Shown one piece after another: positions 8,153 through 17,281 of a DNA stretch of 38,022 nt. Each line of letters begins with the position of its first letter. The stretch's first letter is position 1. The position numbers and the translations under genes were made by a program. Where the stretch lies: positions 1 to 38,022 of IMG/VR virus record IMGVR_UViG_3300047275_000500. One strand, 5' to 3'. Origin of the DNA: a virus. Lineage: Duplodnaviria; Caudoviricetes. Below the pieces are notes generated by a model that had not been told where the DNA came from, searched no databases, and saw only the letters and a list, made by a program, of their open reading frames with translations.

Positions 8153-8910
8153 ATCTAAACAACAAAGAAAGATTAACTAAAGACATAGTTCTTTATAAAA
8201 ATTTTATTGATGCAGATACTGCAGCCAAACTAATTAAGGTTTTAGACAAGCATGCAGAAAGTGGAAAGATTTCATGGACACCAATTTCATTTTATGAGTC
8301 GTATTCATCTGTCTTGCCTCAAGACGATGACGAAGATGTTTTATTAGAGGGCTTGCCAGCAGATATTTTTTCACAAATAAAAGAAGGTATTATTAAGGCT
8401 GTTGCTAGTGTTCATGATATTGATGAAAAAATAGTTTGTCAAATTGGATACCATACACAAAAGTGGGAGCCAGGAGCATATGCAAGAATTCATTCTGACA
8501 ATACAGATGAAAAAGGAAACTCTGGAGCATTCACAAGAAGTCGATATGCATCATTTTTATATCTAAATGATGATTTTGATGGTGGACTATTACAGTTTCC
8601 AGATCAAGAAATAAGCATTAAGCCAGAGGTAGGGATGCTTGCTGCCTTCGATGGCGGATTTAATAATATGCACGAAGTAACACTTATCACTAAGGGTGTT
8701 AGGTATACTATAGGATCATTCTGGGATGATAGAGAAGAAGATGCCTATCCACAAGAACTAAGAGATGCATGGGCAAAAGAGATGGAAGAGACAAGGGCAT
8801 TTCAAGCAAAAGAAAAGGCTGAGTGGCAAGAGTTACTAAAAGAAGGTTATAAAATAGACGAAGATGGAAATAAATATCGCATAGAGGATGGTGTTAGGCC
8901 ACATGATTGA
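8149..8910 (+). CDS. 2OG-Fe(II) oxygenase, prolyl 4-hydroxylase-like (#4)
   Basis: HSD, YLNDDFDGGLLQFP and HEV....GVRY. The start was moved to ATG 8149 (AAGGAG RBS, ATGA overlap with the upstream stop). Confidence 0.88.
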   Translation: MNLNNKERLTKDIVLYKNFIDADTAAKLIKVLDKHAESGKISWTPISFYESYSSVLPQDDDEDVLLEGLPADIFSQIKEGIIKAVASVHDIDEKIVCQIGYHTQKWEPGAYARIHSDNTDEKGNSGAFTRSRYASFLYLNDDFDGGLLQFPDQEISIKPEVGMLAAFDGGFNNMHEVTLITKGVRYTIGSFWDDREEDAYPQELRDAWAKEMEETRAFQAKEKAEWQELLKEGYKIDEDGNKYRIEDGVRPHD

Positions 8911-9562
8911 TACACTAAAACAAAAACTAAAAGATAGTAATCTAGAGTTTGAAGAAATAACAAATGAACTCTTGTGGGTTAAAAACTTTTTAACAAAAGA
9001 AGAATTAGACTTTGTTTGGAGTACTATAAATGGAGCAACTCAGGCAGACTGGGAAGTAGAGTATATGGGAAATCTAAAAAACTTTTGCTTAGAAAAGTTT
9101 GGAAGAGATGATGTAGACAATCTTGTTGCAGAAGGTAAGTTTGAAATTACACAAAATTGGGTAGATAAGAATTTAAACATTAAGCACCATCCAGAACAAC
9201 AGGTTTTTTATAAAAGACTAACCGATATTATTGAGCCATCATTCCCAGGCTTAGAACTAAGCGGTCTTGCAACCATTCAAAGAATGCAAAAGGGTGTAGA
9301 GTTAAAATCACATACAGATCAGCATACAGATCCATCAATACACTATGCAACAATTTTGTATATTAATGATGATTATGTAGATGGGGAGTTGTTTTTCCCT
9401 AATAAAGATATATCTTTAAGACCACAGCCAGGAGATTTACTGTTTTTCCCAGGCAATGAAGAGTACGAGCATGGAGTCAAGCATGTTGGCGAGGGACCAA
9501 TAAGGTATGTAATTGTCGGCTTTGTAAAAGAAAAAGGACATTACGAAAGGAATAAATACTAA
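8903..9562 (+). CDS. 2OG-Fe(II) oxygenase, prolyl 4-hydroxylase-like (#5)
   Basis: HTD, YINDDYVDGELFFP and HGV.....PIRY. The start is 8903 or 8888. Confidence 0.88.
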   Translation: MIDTLKQKLKDSNLEFEEITNELLWVKNFLTKEELDFVWSTINGATQADWEVEYMGNLKNFCLEKFGRDDVDNLVAEGKFEITQNWVDKNLNIKHHPEQQVFYKRLTDIIEPSFPGLELSGLATIQRMQKGVELKSHTDQHTDPSIHYATILYINDDYVDGELFFPNKDISLRPQPGDLLFFPGNEEYEHGVKHVGEGPIRYVIVGFVKEKGHYERNKY

Positions 9563-10293
9563 TGAATAAAGAAATATTAGATCCAAAAGTATATTACTAC
9601 ACAGATGCAATAGATAACTTTGATGTGTTTTTAAAAACTCTAAATGAACTAGATGGCATGGAGTTTTATGATGACACTAAGGTTAACCTTTGGCAAAAAT
9701 GGACATCTTCAAATGATAAAGATTTTATTTATGGAGAAACAAAAACCTTTGACGTGGATGCTATCTCAAAGTCAGGCGGCATTGTTGGAGAAAAAAGCAA
9801 ATATATTTATGATGCAGTAATGACAACTCTATACAATGTATGTAAAGATTATGCAGAAGCCATGGGAGATTTTGATGAACCACGACTATTCCCAACTTTT
9901 AATATCAAAAAGTATTATACTGGTATGGCCATGGGAGCACATTTTGATCAACTAGATGGCGACAAAACATTGAGATATTCTCTTGTAATGTATTTAAATG
10001 ATGACTGTGAGGGTGGAGAAATATCTTTTCAGTTAAAGGATTACGATGGTGGATGGAACAGTAAAGATGGTTGGGTACATGGTGCTCCAGCAGTAGACTT
10101 AGATTACGATCTTGCTGTTGCAAACAATACAATAGATTTTGGGATTAAGCCAAAAGCAAACAGCGTTATTATTTTCCCAGCAGAGGCCCCATATTTCCAT
10201 ACAGCACATACTGTAAAGTCTGGAGTAAAGTATATGGTTCCAGGTCACTGGATTCATAACAACATGCAACTAAACAATCACCAAGGCATGTAG
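9562..10293 (+). CDS. 2OG-Fe(II) oxygenase, prolyl 4-hydroxylase-like (#6)
   Basis: HFD, YLNDDCEGGEISF and HTAH.VKSGVKY, translationally coupled by TAATG. Confidence 0.88.
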   Translation: MNKEILDPKVYYYTDAIDNFDVFLKTLNELDGMEFYDDTKVNLWQKWTSSNDKDFIYGETKTFDVDAISKSGGIVGEKSKYIYDAVMTTLYNVCKDYAEAMGDFDEPRLFPTFNIKKYYTGMAMGAHFDQLDGDKTLRYSLVMYLNDDCEGGEISFQLKDYDGGWNSKDGWVHGAPAVDLDYDLAVANNTIDFGIKPKANSVIIFPAEAPYFHTAHTVKSGVKYMVPGHWIHNNMQLNNHQGM

Positions 10294-10961
10294 TGAAAAC
10301 AGCCATAGTCACTGGTGCAAGTAAAGGCGTTGGGTATGCCACAGTAAAACTTTTATCTGAAAATGGTTATAAGGTTATTGCTGTTTCTCGTAACCTAGAA
10401 AAAGTTTCTGAATTGATTTCTGATAATGTAGAGGTATATGCGTTAGATATAACTAATCAAAATCAGATAAAGGCATTTTATGAAAAATATAAAGATATAT
10501 CTTTAGATCTTTTGGTTAACAATGCTGGTGGAGGGTCTGGACCAACCAACATTATTAATGAAACTATGGATAATTTTAGAATAGCATACGAGATTAATGT
10601 TTCTGGACCAATGTATCTTTCTCAACTTTTTGTGCCATGTATGAAAAAGTCAAAGTCCCCAACAATTATTTTTATTAGTTCTTTGGGTGGAAAGATCCCA
10701 TATCGTGGAGGCGGTAACTATACAAATGCTAAAAGAGGACAAATGGGATTAATAGATACTATGAGAATGGAGTTCCCAGAATATGGAATTAAAATTACAG
10801 AGATTTGTCCAGGAACAATTGATACTCAGATTGAAAAAAGAGATATTGCTTTAACAGCAGAAGATCTTGCTAATTCTATTTTGTGGGTTTCAGAGTTGCC
10901 ACCACACTTTAATATTAATCATATTGAAATGAATCATATTTCAAGTAGTAAATTTTCATAA
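10293..10961 (+). CDS. Short-chain dehydrogenase/reductase (classical SDR, likely NADP-preferring)
   Basis: TGASKGVG Rossmann motif, NNAG, catalytic S...YTNAK (YxxxK) and PG. The GTG start overlaps the upstream TAG. Confidence 0.9.
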   Translation: MKTAIVTGASKGVGYATVKLLSENGYKVIAVSRNLEKVSELISDNVEVYALDITNQNQIKAFYEKYKDISLDLLVNNAGGGSGPTNIINETMDNFRIAYEINVSGPMYLSQLFVPCMKKSKSPTIIFISSLGGKIPYRGGGNYTNAKRGQMGLIDTMRMEFPEYGIKITEICPGTIDTQIEKRDIALTAEDLANSILWVSELPPHFNINHIEMNHISSSKFS

Positions 10962-10983
10962 TCTAAACCTCAATAATAGCATT

Positions 10984-11016
10984 AGAGTTTTATAAAAGTA
11001 AAAACTCTGGTATACT
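10984..11016 (+). promoter_or_regulatory. Inverted repeat (AGAGTTTT...AAAACTCT) abutting an extended -10 (TGGTATACT) upstream of the RNR gene
   Basis: 8-bp inverted repeat at 10984-10991 and 11001-11008, with the -10 motif at 11008-11016. Confidence 0.55.
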
Positions 11017-11048
11017 TGGGTAATTACAGTTTCTTAAGGAGAATAACA

Positions 11049-13079
11049 GTGTCTGATTTTTTTAGTTTTCGTTTGTCTGAAGAGTTTATAAATGAGTATA
11101 AATCAAAGGAGCCACCATTCGGTTTTACAGACGCAGGTGGTAATTCATTAGGAGAGATTACATTTATTCGTACCTACTCCCGTATGAAGGAAGATGGGAC
11201 GAAAGAAAGATGGCATGAGGTTTGTCGTAGAGTAATCGAGGGTATGTATTCAGCCCAGAAGAATCACGCTAAAGAAAACAGACTACCTTGGAATGACTAT
11301 AAGGCACAAGCATCTGCTAAAGAAGCCTATCAAAGAATGTTTGAGTTAAAGTGGACTCCTCCAGGAAGAGGTATGTGGGCGTTTGGCACTCCTCTAACTA
11401 TGGAAAAGAAAAACTCTGCTGCACTTCAAAACTGCGCCATGGTTTCAACAAAAGATATTGATCGTAACGATCCAGGACAATTATTTGGTTGGGTTATGGA
11501 TGCTCTTATGATGGGCGTAGGTGTAGGGTTTGATACTTTGGGCGGGGAGAAAAATCTTCCTATTTATAGCCCAACAGAACCACCACAAGTATATGAAATC
11601 CCAGATACTCGTGAAGGTTGGGTAGAGTCTGTCAGACTATTAATTAATTCATATTTAAAGCCTAATATGTATATTCAGGAGTTTAACTATGACCTTATTA
11701 GGCCTCTAGGTGCCCCTATTAAGGGTTTTGGAGGCACAGCAAGCGGTCCTGCACCACTTATACAGTTACACAAGCAGATCAAGGCTGTAATCGGCGGTAG
11801 AGCAGGAGAGACCCTTGACTCAAGAGCAATCGTAGATATCGTAAACCTTATTGGTACCTGTGTAGTATCAGGAAATGTTAGACGATCTGCTACCCTGGCT
11901 CTGGGTGCAGCAGAAGATCAAGACTTTATGAATTTGAAGAACGCTGAGGTTTTTCCAGAGCGTAATTCATTTGATCCAGAAAATCCAGGATGGGCATGGA
12001 TGTCTAATAACTCCATTGCTGCAACAGTAGGTACAAAATATGAAGACTATGTTGACCTAATTGTTAATAACGGGGAACCAGGATTTATCTGGCTTGATGT
12101 AGCACGTAACTATGGTCGTCTGGCAGATCCAAAGGATGGCAAAGACTATCGTGTTATGGGCTTCAATCCGTGTGCGGAGCAGCCATTGGAATCATACGAG
12201 TTGTGTACTTTAGTCGAGGTACATTTAAATCGCCATGAATCTAAGGAAGACTTCCTTCGGACACTCAAGTTTGCTTACCTCTATGGTAAGACAGTTACAT
12301 TGATTCCTACACATTGGCAACAAACAAATGGAATTATGCAAAGAAATCGTCGTATTGGAACATCCCTTACAGGTATTGCATCATTCTCAGACAAGTTTGG
12401 CTTACCTGTTGTGCGTGAATGGATGGACGAAGGATACAACACAATTCGAAAGTATGATCGTCAATATTCAGAGTGGCTTTGTGTTCGTGAATCCATTAGG
12501 GTCACAACTGTTAAGCCATCAGGGTCTGTATCAATTCTTTCTGGCGCAACGCCAGGAGTTCACTGGGCACCAGGCGGAGATTATTTCTTGAGAGCAATTC
12601 GTTTTGGGAATACCGACCCAATGATTCACTTGTTCAAGGCTGCAGGATATAAGATGGAGCCTGACCTTGTATCTGCAAATACGACTGTCGTATATTTCCC
12701 AGTTCACTCTGGACACCCAAGATCTGAAAAAGATGTGACACTGTTTGAGAAGATTGCGCTTGCTGCTACTACTCAGAAGTATTGGTCGGATAATGGTGTT
12801 TCTGTAACACTTTCATTTGATAAAGAAACTGAAGCCAAGCATGTTGCGCCTGCACTCCATATGTACGAGGGACAATTAAAAGCAGTCTCATTCCTACCAA
12901 TGGGAAATCATACATATCCTCAGCAGCCATATACTCAAATAACTAAAGAAGATTATGATAGTTATATTGGCCAAATTAAAAAGATCGATTGGTCTGCTAT
13001 TTATGATGGTGTAGATAATCTAGAGGCACAAGGCGAAATGTACTGTACTACAGATGCTTGTGAATTAAAAATATCTTAG
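11049..13079 (+). CDS. nrdJ: Class II (adenosylcobalamin-dependent) ribonucleotide reductase, monomeric RTPR type
   Basis: PPGRG, NC, GVGVGFD, GNVRRSA, catalytic NPCAE, TTVKPSG and a C-terminal CxxxxC redox pair (CTTDAC). GTG start at 11049 follows an AGGAGA RBS. Confidence 0.92.
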   Translation: MSDFFSFRLSEEFINEYKSKEPPFGFTDAGGNSLGEITFIRTYSRMKEDGTKERWHEVCRRVIEGMYSAQKNHAKENRLPWNDYKAQASAKEAYQRMFELKWTPPGRGMWAFGTPLTMEKKNSAALQNCAMVSTKDIDRNDPGQLFGWVMDALMMGVGVGFDTLGGEKNLPIYSPTEPPQVYEIPDTREGWVESVRLLINSYLKPNMYIQEFNYDLIRPLGAPIKGFGGTASGPAPLIQLHKQIKAVIGGRAGETLDSRAIVDIVNLIGTCVVSGNVRRSATLALGAAEDQDFMNLKNAEVFPERNSFDPENPGWAWMSNNSIAATVGTKYEDYVDLIVNNGEPGFIWLDVARNYGRLADPKDGKDYRVMGFNPCAEQPLESYELCTLVEVHLNRHESKEDFLRTLKFAYLYGKTVTLIPTHWQQTNGIMQRNRRIGTSLTGIASFSDKFGLPVVREWMDEGYNTIRKYDRQYSEWLCVRESIRVTTVKPSGSVSILSGATPGVHWAPGGDYFLRAIRFGNTDPMIHLFKAAGYKMEPDLVSANTTVVYFPVHSGHPRSEKDVTLFEKIALAATTQKYWSDNGVSVTLSFDKETEAKHVAPALHMYEGQLKAVSFLPMGNHTYPQQPYTQITKEDYDSYIGQIKKIDWSAIYDGVDNLEAQGEMYCTTDACELKIS

Positions 13080-13081
13080 TA

Positions 13082-13090
13082 TGATAAAAT
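13082..13090 (+). promoter_or_regulatory. Extended -10 promoter (TGATAAAAT)
   Basis: Intergenic, 9 nt before ATG 13100, with no SD. Confidence 0.5.
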
Positions 13091-13099
13091 AGACTCATA

Positions 13100-16000
13100 A
13101 TGTCTAGCCCATCAAATCTATACGCAGAGAAAATATATGCAGAGCATCCACAATTTTTGTGGGCACTGGATGATCAGGCTGACTATATCTCTATAATCTC
13201 AGATGCACAAAGAGCAACATCTACCTGGGAAATTGATAATGGAACTTCCCAGAGCACAGAGGAATTAACTAGCGCACCTTTTCCAGATAGTGTAATTAAC
13301 AAAATAACTCCATCATCTGTTTTCGGTGGAACCTTTTCAGTTACATTAGTTAGTCCAGAAATTGTTAGTGTTGCAGATTTAAATGAAACATTAAAAACAT
13401 TTGCGGTAGGTTCATATTTTTATACACTTAGTCCGTTTGTCCTTAATGTTGAAATTGGATACAGATACTACGACGGAGCACAAGACGAATATATTGATGT
13501 TTTAAAAAGTTATGATGCCTCTTTGACAGATAGATGGTACTTTGTATCAGAAACATTTAGTCCAGAAGAAACAGATCTTCCATTAAGATTAGTAATAAAA
13601 ATAAACTATATTGGAGAAGAAACTGTATCTCCATCAGATTGTATTATGTACATAAATGGAATCACTTTTGGTCAGTGGTGTGAAGAGTTTCAGTCACAAT
13701 CTCTCGGCTCAGAATCTATTGATCTTCCATCAACTATTGGGTTAGACACTTGTAAAGTTGTTGAGGCAAAAGCATACGGGTTAGCAGAAAACTATGGTTA
13801 TTATTTTGTAAATCAAAACGCACTTATGGCAAAAAATTTTGGTGTTCCATTAGTCTTTGGATCTAAAAATGTAACCAAACTATATGAAAATCCAAACAAG
13901 CCTTCGCTGATCATTCCATCAGGAGGAATGATGAGTGAGTCTGGAAAATATCAAAAGTTTTCTTTAGAGTTTTGGATAAGAACAAGAAATTCTTCACAAG
14001 AATTAAAAAGAATAGTTGGACCAATAGGGTCGAACGATGGAATATATATTAATGGACCTTTTATTGTATTAAAAATAAACGAGAGTTACTCTTCGTACTA
14101 TGTAGGACATTGGGAAAGACCAATGCTTATTCATTGGAGATATTCTCCAGAGGTTTCTTCTTTACTTTTAAATGGTGAGGAAATTATTTCAATTCAGTTA
14201 GACGCAGATTCCTTATACCTTCCAGATTCTTTTAGTATGGATGGTAAAAGTAAAGACTGGATGGGATTTTATGCACATGAAGAGATACAGCCAATAGAGA
14301 TAGATTGTGTTGCGTTATATAATTATTTAGTTCCATTGCTTGTTGCAAAGCGCAGATTTGTTTATGGACAAGGTGTGCAATATCCAGAAAACTTAAACGC
14401 ATCCTATGGCGGAGAATCTGTAGTATTTGATTATTCTTTTGCTGATTATACAAAAAACTATAACTACCCAGATTTAGGGTCCTGGTCACAAGCGTCACTA
14501 GACAATATTATTGTTGAGGATAATTATTTAACTGTTCCAAGTTATGATCCTCCTACAATTATAATTGATAGTACAATCAAAACCCAAAGAGAATTATTGT
14601 TAAGTTGTGCAGTTAGCCAAAATGAAAGTGATTTATTTTTAAACTTAAGACCAGACACATCTTGGGACTCTATTAACTCATACTTATATTTTGATGACTT
14701 AGAGGCTTCTGACCTATCAATGTATGGACTGTATGGCGTATTTAAAAAGAATACAAGTTATACTGGAGAGGCTCAAGTTTTAATTAGAATTGAAGACAGT
14801 AGAAATCAAAATTATTTTTCTATAGAGTCTGTAGGAAATGATGTAAGGTATATTTTTAAATATCAAACAGATGAAGAGCAGGTTCTTTATGAGGCACTAT
14901 CTATTCCAAACGACACAGTTTTTTCTGTAGGTCTTGAAATCAATAAATTTAAAAATCACTTTGGCAACAACATCTTGTCATTTTTTAATAACTATTCATC
15001 ACTCAATATGTATGTCGGAGGAACAAAAGAATTTGCAAAAACTTTTACAGGAAATATTTATAAAATAGGAATATGTTCTGAAAAAAATATTAACGATATT
15101 GGGACATTGTTTAATGAAATAGGAGTTCCAAAAGATTATGAAAATATTTTTAATCTATACAGTCCCTATGTTGAGTATGACGGAGGAGATGCGGATCAAA
15201 ATTTTTGGAATTATTATATAGGACAGACACAATTAAATGAAGATCAATATGATGAAACTCCAGAAGTATTAGAAAATTTCTCTTTTTCTCCATCATCGTT
15301 TGTTAATTTTACTTTACAAAATCATAAACCAAGCATAGGCATAGTTCCAAAGTCATACTTTGGTCTTTTTTATTTAGATGTTGACATTAAGGGGTCATGG
15401 AAAGACTATATTCCTCTTGCATATTTTGCTCAATTTGTTACTGATGAAAAGGGCGACTCTCGCCTAGGCTTAGACTTTATTCAGTTTAATGTTAACTATC
15501 CAGCGCCTACAAAATTCAAGGTATCTGAAGTTGTAGACCCAGACGGATGGAGTTATTCAGAACTACAGTCACAATACTCATTTCCATTACAAAGATCTTA
15601 TGATTCTTTAGATAATTATTTATATACTGGATATCAGGATTATCAAGATTTGGCAGAGCGATCTATTAAGTCATATTATTACGATACATCTGATGCAATC
15701 TTAAGAACATTTATTACTTTTGAATATTTAGAAACTGGCGTCAATGCTTCAGATGGATTTTTTGTTAATCAAGAAAGCGTACCAAAGAATGGAGTAATTA
15801 GCCCTGGATCAGATTGGATTAATACAAAGTATGAGGTTGTTGATAATGTTGTAATTTATCCACCAAAAGATGTTGCATTTGATAAGTTGGCGATAAGAGT
15901 TCATTTTGAATTTGATGTAGATGGAATCCACAACAAACCAATTAAGGTTAAAACCTTACAGTTGGCATCACAGGCCTATAACTACAATGGCGGAAACAGT

Positions 16001-16858
16001 ATCGGCACAAGGTTTGGAGCAAGCGTTTATCCATATGTCAATACAGGATATTATTATAATTACAAATACCAAAATCCAATAACAGTTTATAAGGGTTCTT
16101 CTCCATATTTATATTTAACTAGATATTCTGGACTAGAAGTTCGTGGCGATTATGACCCATTAATCAATCGTGGTGTTGCTATACAGGTTAATCCAAATAA
16201 GGCTGAAAATTATGAAGTTATGGCTATGCAATCTTTAATTAGATTTAACTATGACTTCTTCCCGTATGGCTCTACTCAGATTATGCAAATAAATGCTAAG
16301 TCAAAAACTATTAAGTTCTACATGGTGGCAGATCACCCAAGTGGTAAAAGAGCAAAGATCTATGCAATAGACGCAAACACTGGCATGCTATACGATGGTA
16401 TTTCTTATTATATTAATGGAAGTGTTGTCAAAGAGCCAGTTATAAATGTCGGGGAATGGACAATGTTAGGAATTGGATTCCCAACAGTACTAAACTTTAA
16501 ATCATACACTGGAAATATTATGATTAATGGCCCTATTATTTTTGATAGTTTGTCCTATTATCAGACAACAAGTTTACAGGAAATTCAGCAGGTAGAGAAA
16601 AGAAGATGGGCTAGAGTTAAGTTTGGACTAGATGGATTCCTAGACTGGGAGTATTGGACAGACTTCTATGTTTGGAAGGGTGTGCTTGTGGCATCTTCAT
16701 CAAGTTATTATGGTGTTAATCCAGCAGACTTGTATAAAGCATACACAGGAACTAATAAAATTATTATTGACGATACACGGCCACTTCGGTTTAAAGATTA
16801 CAAATATACAGCATTTCAAGATTTGGTTTGGCAAGCACAGATATCAGATCCAGTATAG
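13100..16858 (+). CDS. Large beta-rich protein, probably a virion component with LamG/concanavalin-A-like domain(s)
   Basis: 1252-aa ORF. The N-terminal HPxxLWALDD and internal FSLEFWI..., IDCVALYNY motifs resemble phage LamG-like proteins. Confidence 0.55.
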   Translation: MSSPSNLYAEKIYAEHPQFLWALDDQADYISIISDAQRATSTWEIDNGTSQSTEELTSAPFPDSVINKITPSSVFGGTFSVTLVSPEIVSVADLNETLKTFAVGSYFYTLSPFVLNVEIGYRYYDGAQDEYIDVLKSYDASLTDRWYFVSETFSPEETDLPLRLVIKINYIGEETVSPSDCIMYINGITFGQWCEEFQSQSLGSESIDLPSTIGLDTCKVVEAKAYGLAENYGYYFVNQNALMAKNFGVPLVFGSKNVTKLYENPNKPSLIIPSGGMMSESGKYQKFSLEFWIRTRNSSQELKRIVGPIGSNDGIYINGPFIVLKINESYSSYYVGHWERPMLIHWRYSPEVSSLLLNGEEIISIQLDADSLYLPDSFSMDGKSKDWMGFYAHEEIQPIEIDCVALYNYLVPLLVAKRRFVYGQGVQYPENLNASYGGESVVFDYSFADYTKNYNYPDLGSWSQASLDNIIVEDNYLTVPSYDPPTIIIDSTIKTQRELLLSCAVSQNESDLFLNLRPDTSWDSINSYLYFDDLEASDLSMYGLYGVFKKNTSYTGEAQVLIRIEDSRNQNYFSIESVGNDVRYIFKYQTDEEQVLYEALSIPNDTVFSVGLEINKFKNHFGNNILSFFNNYSSLNMYVGGTKEFAKTFTGNIYKIGICSEKNINDIGTLFNEIGVPKDYENIFNLYSPYVEYDGGDADQNFWNYYIGQTQLNEDQYDETPEVLENFSFSPSSFVNFTLQNHKPSIGIVPKSYFGLFYLDVDIKGSWKDYIPLAYFAQFVTDEKGDSRLGLDFIQFNVNYPAPTKFKVSEVVDPDGWSYSELQSQYSFPLQRSYDSLDNYLYTGYQDYQDLAERSIKSYYYDTSDAILRTFITFEYLETGVNASDGFFVNQESVPKNGVISPGSDWINTKYEVVDNVVIYPPKDVAFDKLAIRVHFEFDVDGIHNKPIKVKTLQLASQAYNYNGGNSIGTRFGASVYPYVNTGYYYNYKYQNPITVYKGSSPYLYLTRYSGLEVRGDYDPLINRGVAIQVNPNKAENYEVMAMQSLIRFNYDFFPYGSTQIMQINAKSKTIKFYMVADHPSGKRAKIYAIDANTGMLYDGISYYINGSVVKEPVINVGEWTMLGIGFPTVLNFKSYTGNIMINGPIIFDSLSYYQTTSLQEIQQVEKRRWARVKFGLDGFLDWEYWTDFYVWKGVLVASSSSYYGVNPADLYKAYTGTNKIIIDDTRPLRFKDYKYTAFQDLVWQAQISDPV

Positions 16859-16860
16859 TA

Positions 16861-16869
16861 TGGTATACT
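16861..16869 (+). promoter_or_regulatory. Extended -10 promoter (TGGTATACT), probably leaderless
   Basis: 7 nt before the in-frame ATG at 16877. Confidence 0.55.
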
Positions 16870-16876
16870 TATGGTA

Positions 16877-17281
16877 ATGAAAAACAATAACAACCTACCT
16901 TTTGGTAAAGACGGAAAACCTAGAATGCCTGGTCAGATTGGTGAGACCAAGGTTACAATGATTGAAAAAAAGTATGACTGGGGTCTTTATGTATGGAAAA
17001 AAGCAAATGGAAAGTGGTTTACAGATGGACAAGGTAATATTTTAAATATTCCATCTATGAAAGGCGATATTTCTAAGATTGCAGAACTAAAAAAGGCAGC
17101 AGCATATTATGGGGAGCCAGAAGGGGAGCCACATTTTTTCCCAGGACTTGCAAGAGTTACTGATGAGGAATATTCTGAACAAAAGCAGAGAATGATGGAA
17201 GGCTGGATTCCAAATCTAAACGATCTTGGATCAGTATATGATGCACAGCAAACTGTTAAAAAATATGGAGCGCAAGACTAA
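16877..17281 (+). CDS. Hypothetical protein upstream of the portal
   Basis: ORF coupled to the portal by TAATG. The start is 16877 or 16871. Confidence 0.75.
   Translation: MKNNNNLPFGKDGKPRMPGQIGETKVTMIEKKYDWGLYVWKKANGKWFTDGQGNILNIPSMKGDISKIAELKKAAAYYGEPEGEPHFFPGLARVTDEEYSEQKQRMMEGWIPNLNDLGSVYDAQQTVKKYGAQD

Noticed and set aside
4487-10293. Oxygenases as DNA-modifying TET/JBP or AlkB enzymes
   Set aside because: The motifs (Y.NDDY.GGE..F) fit the P4H-like group, and no methylase or base-modification genes are adjacent. This was not strictly excluded without a search.
11049-13079. Intein or intron in the RNR gene
   Set aside because: The ORF is continuous, of normal length, and has no splicing or homing-endonuclease motifs.
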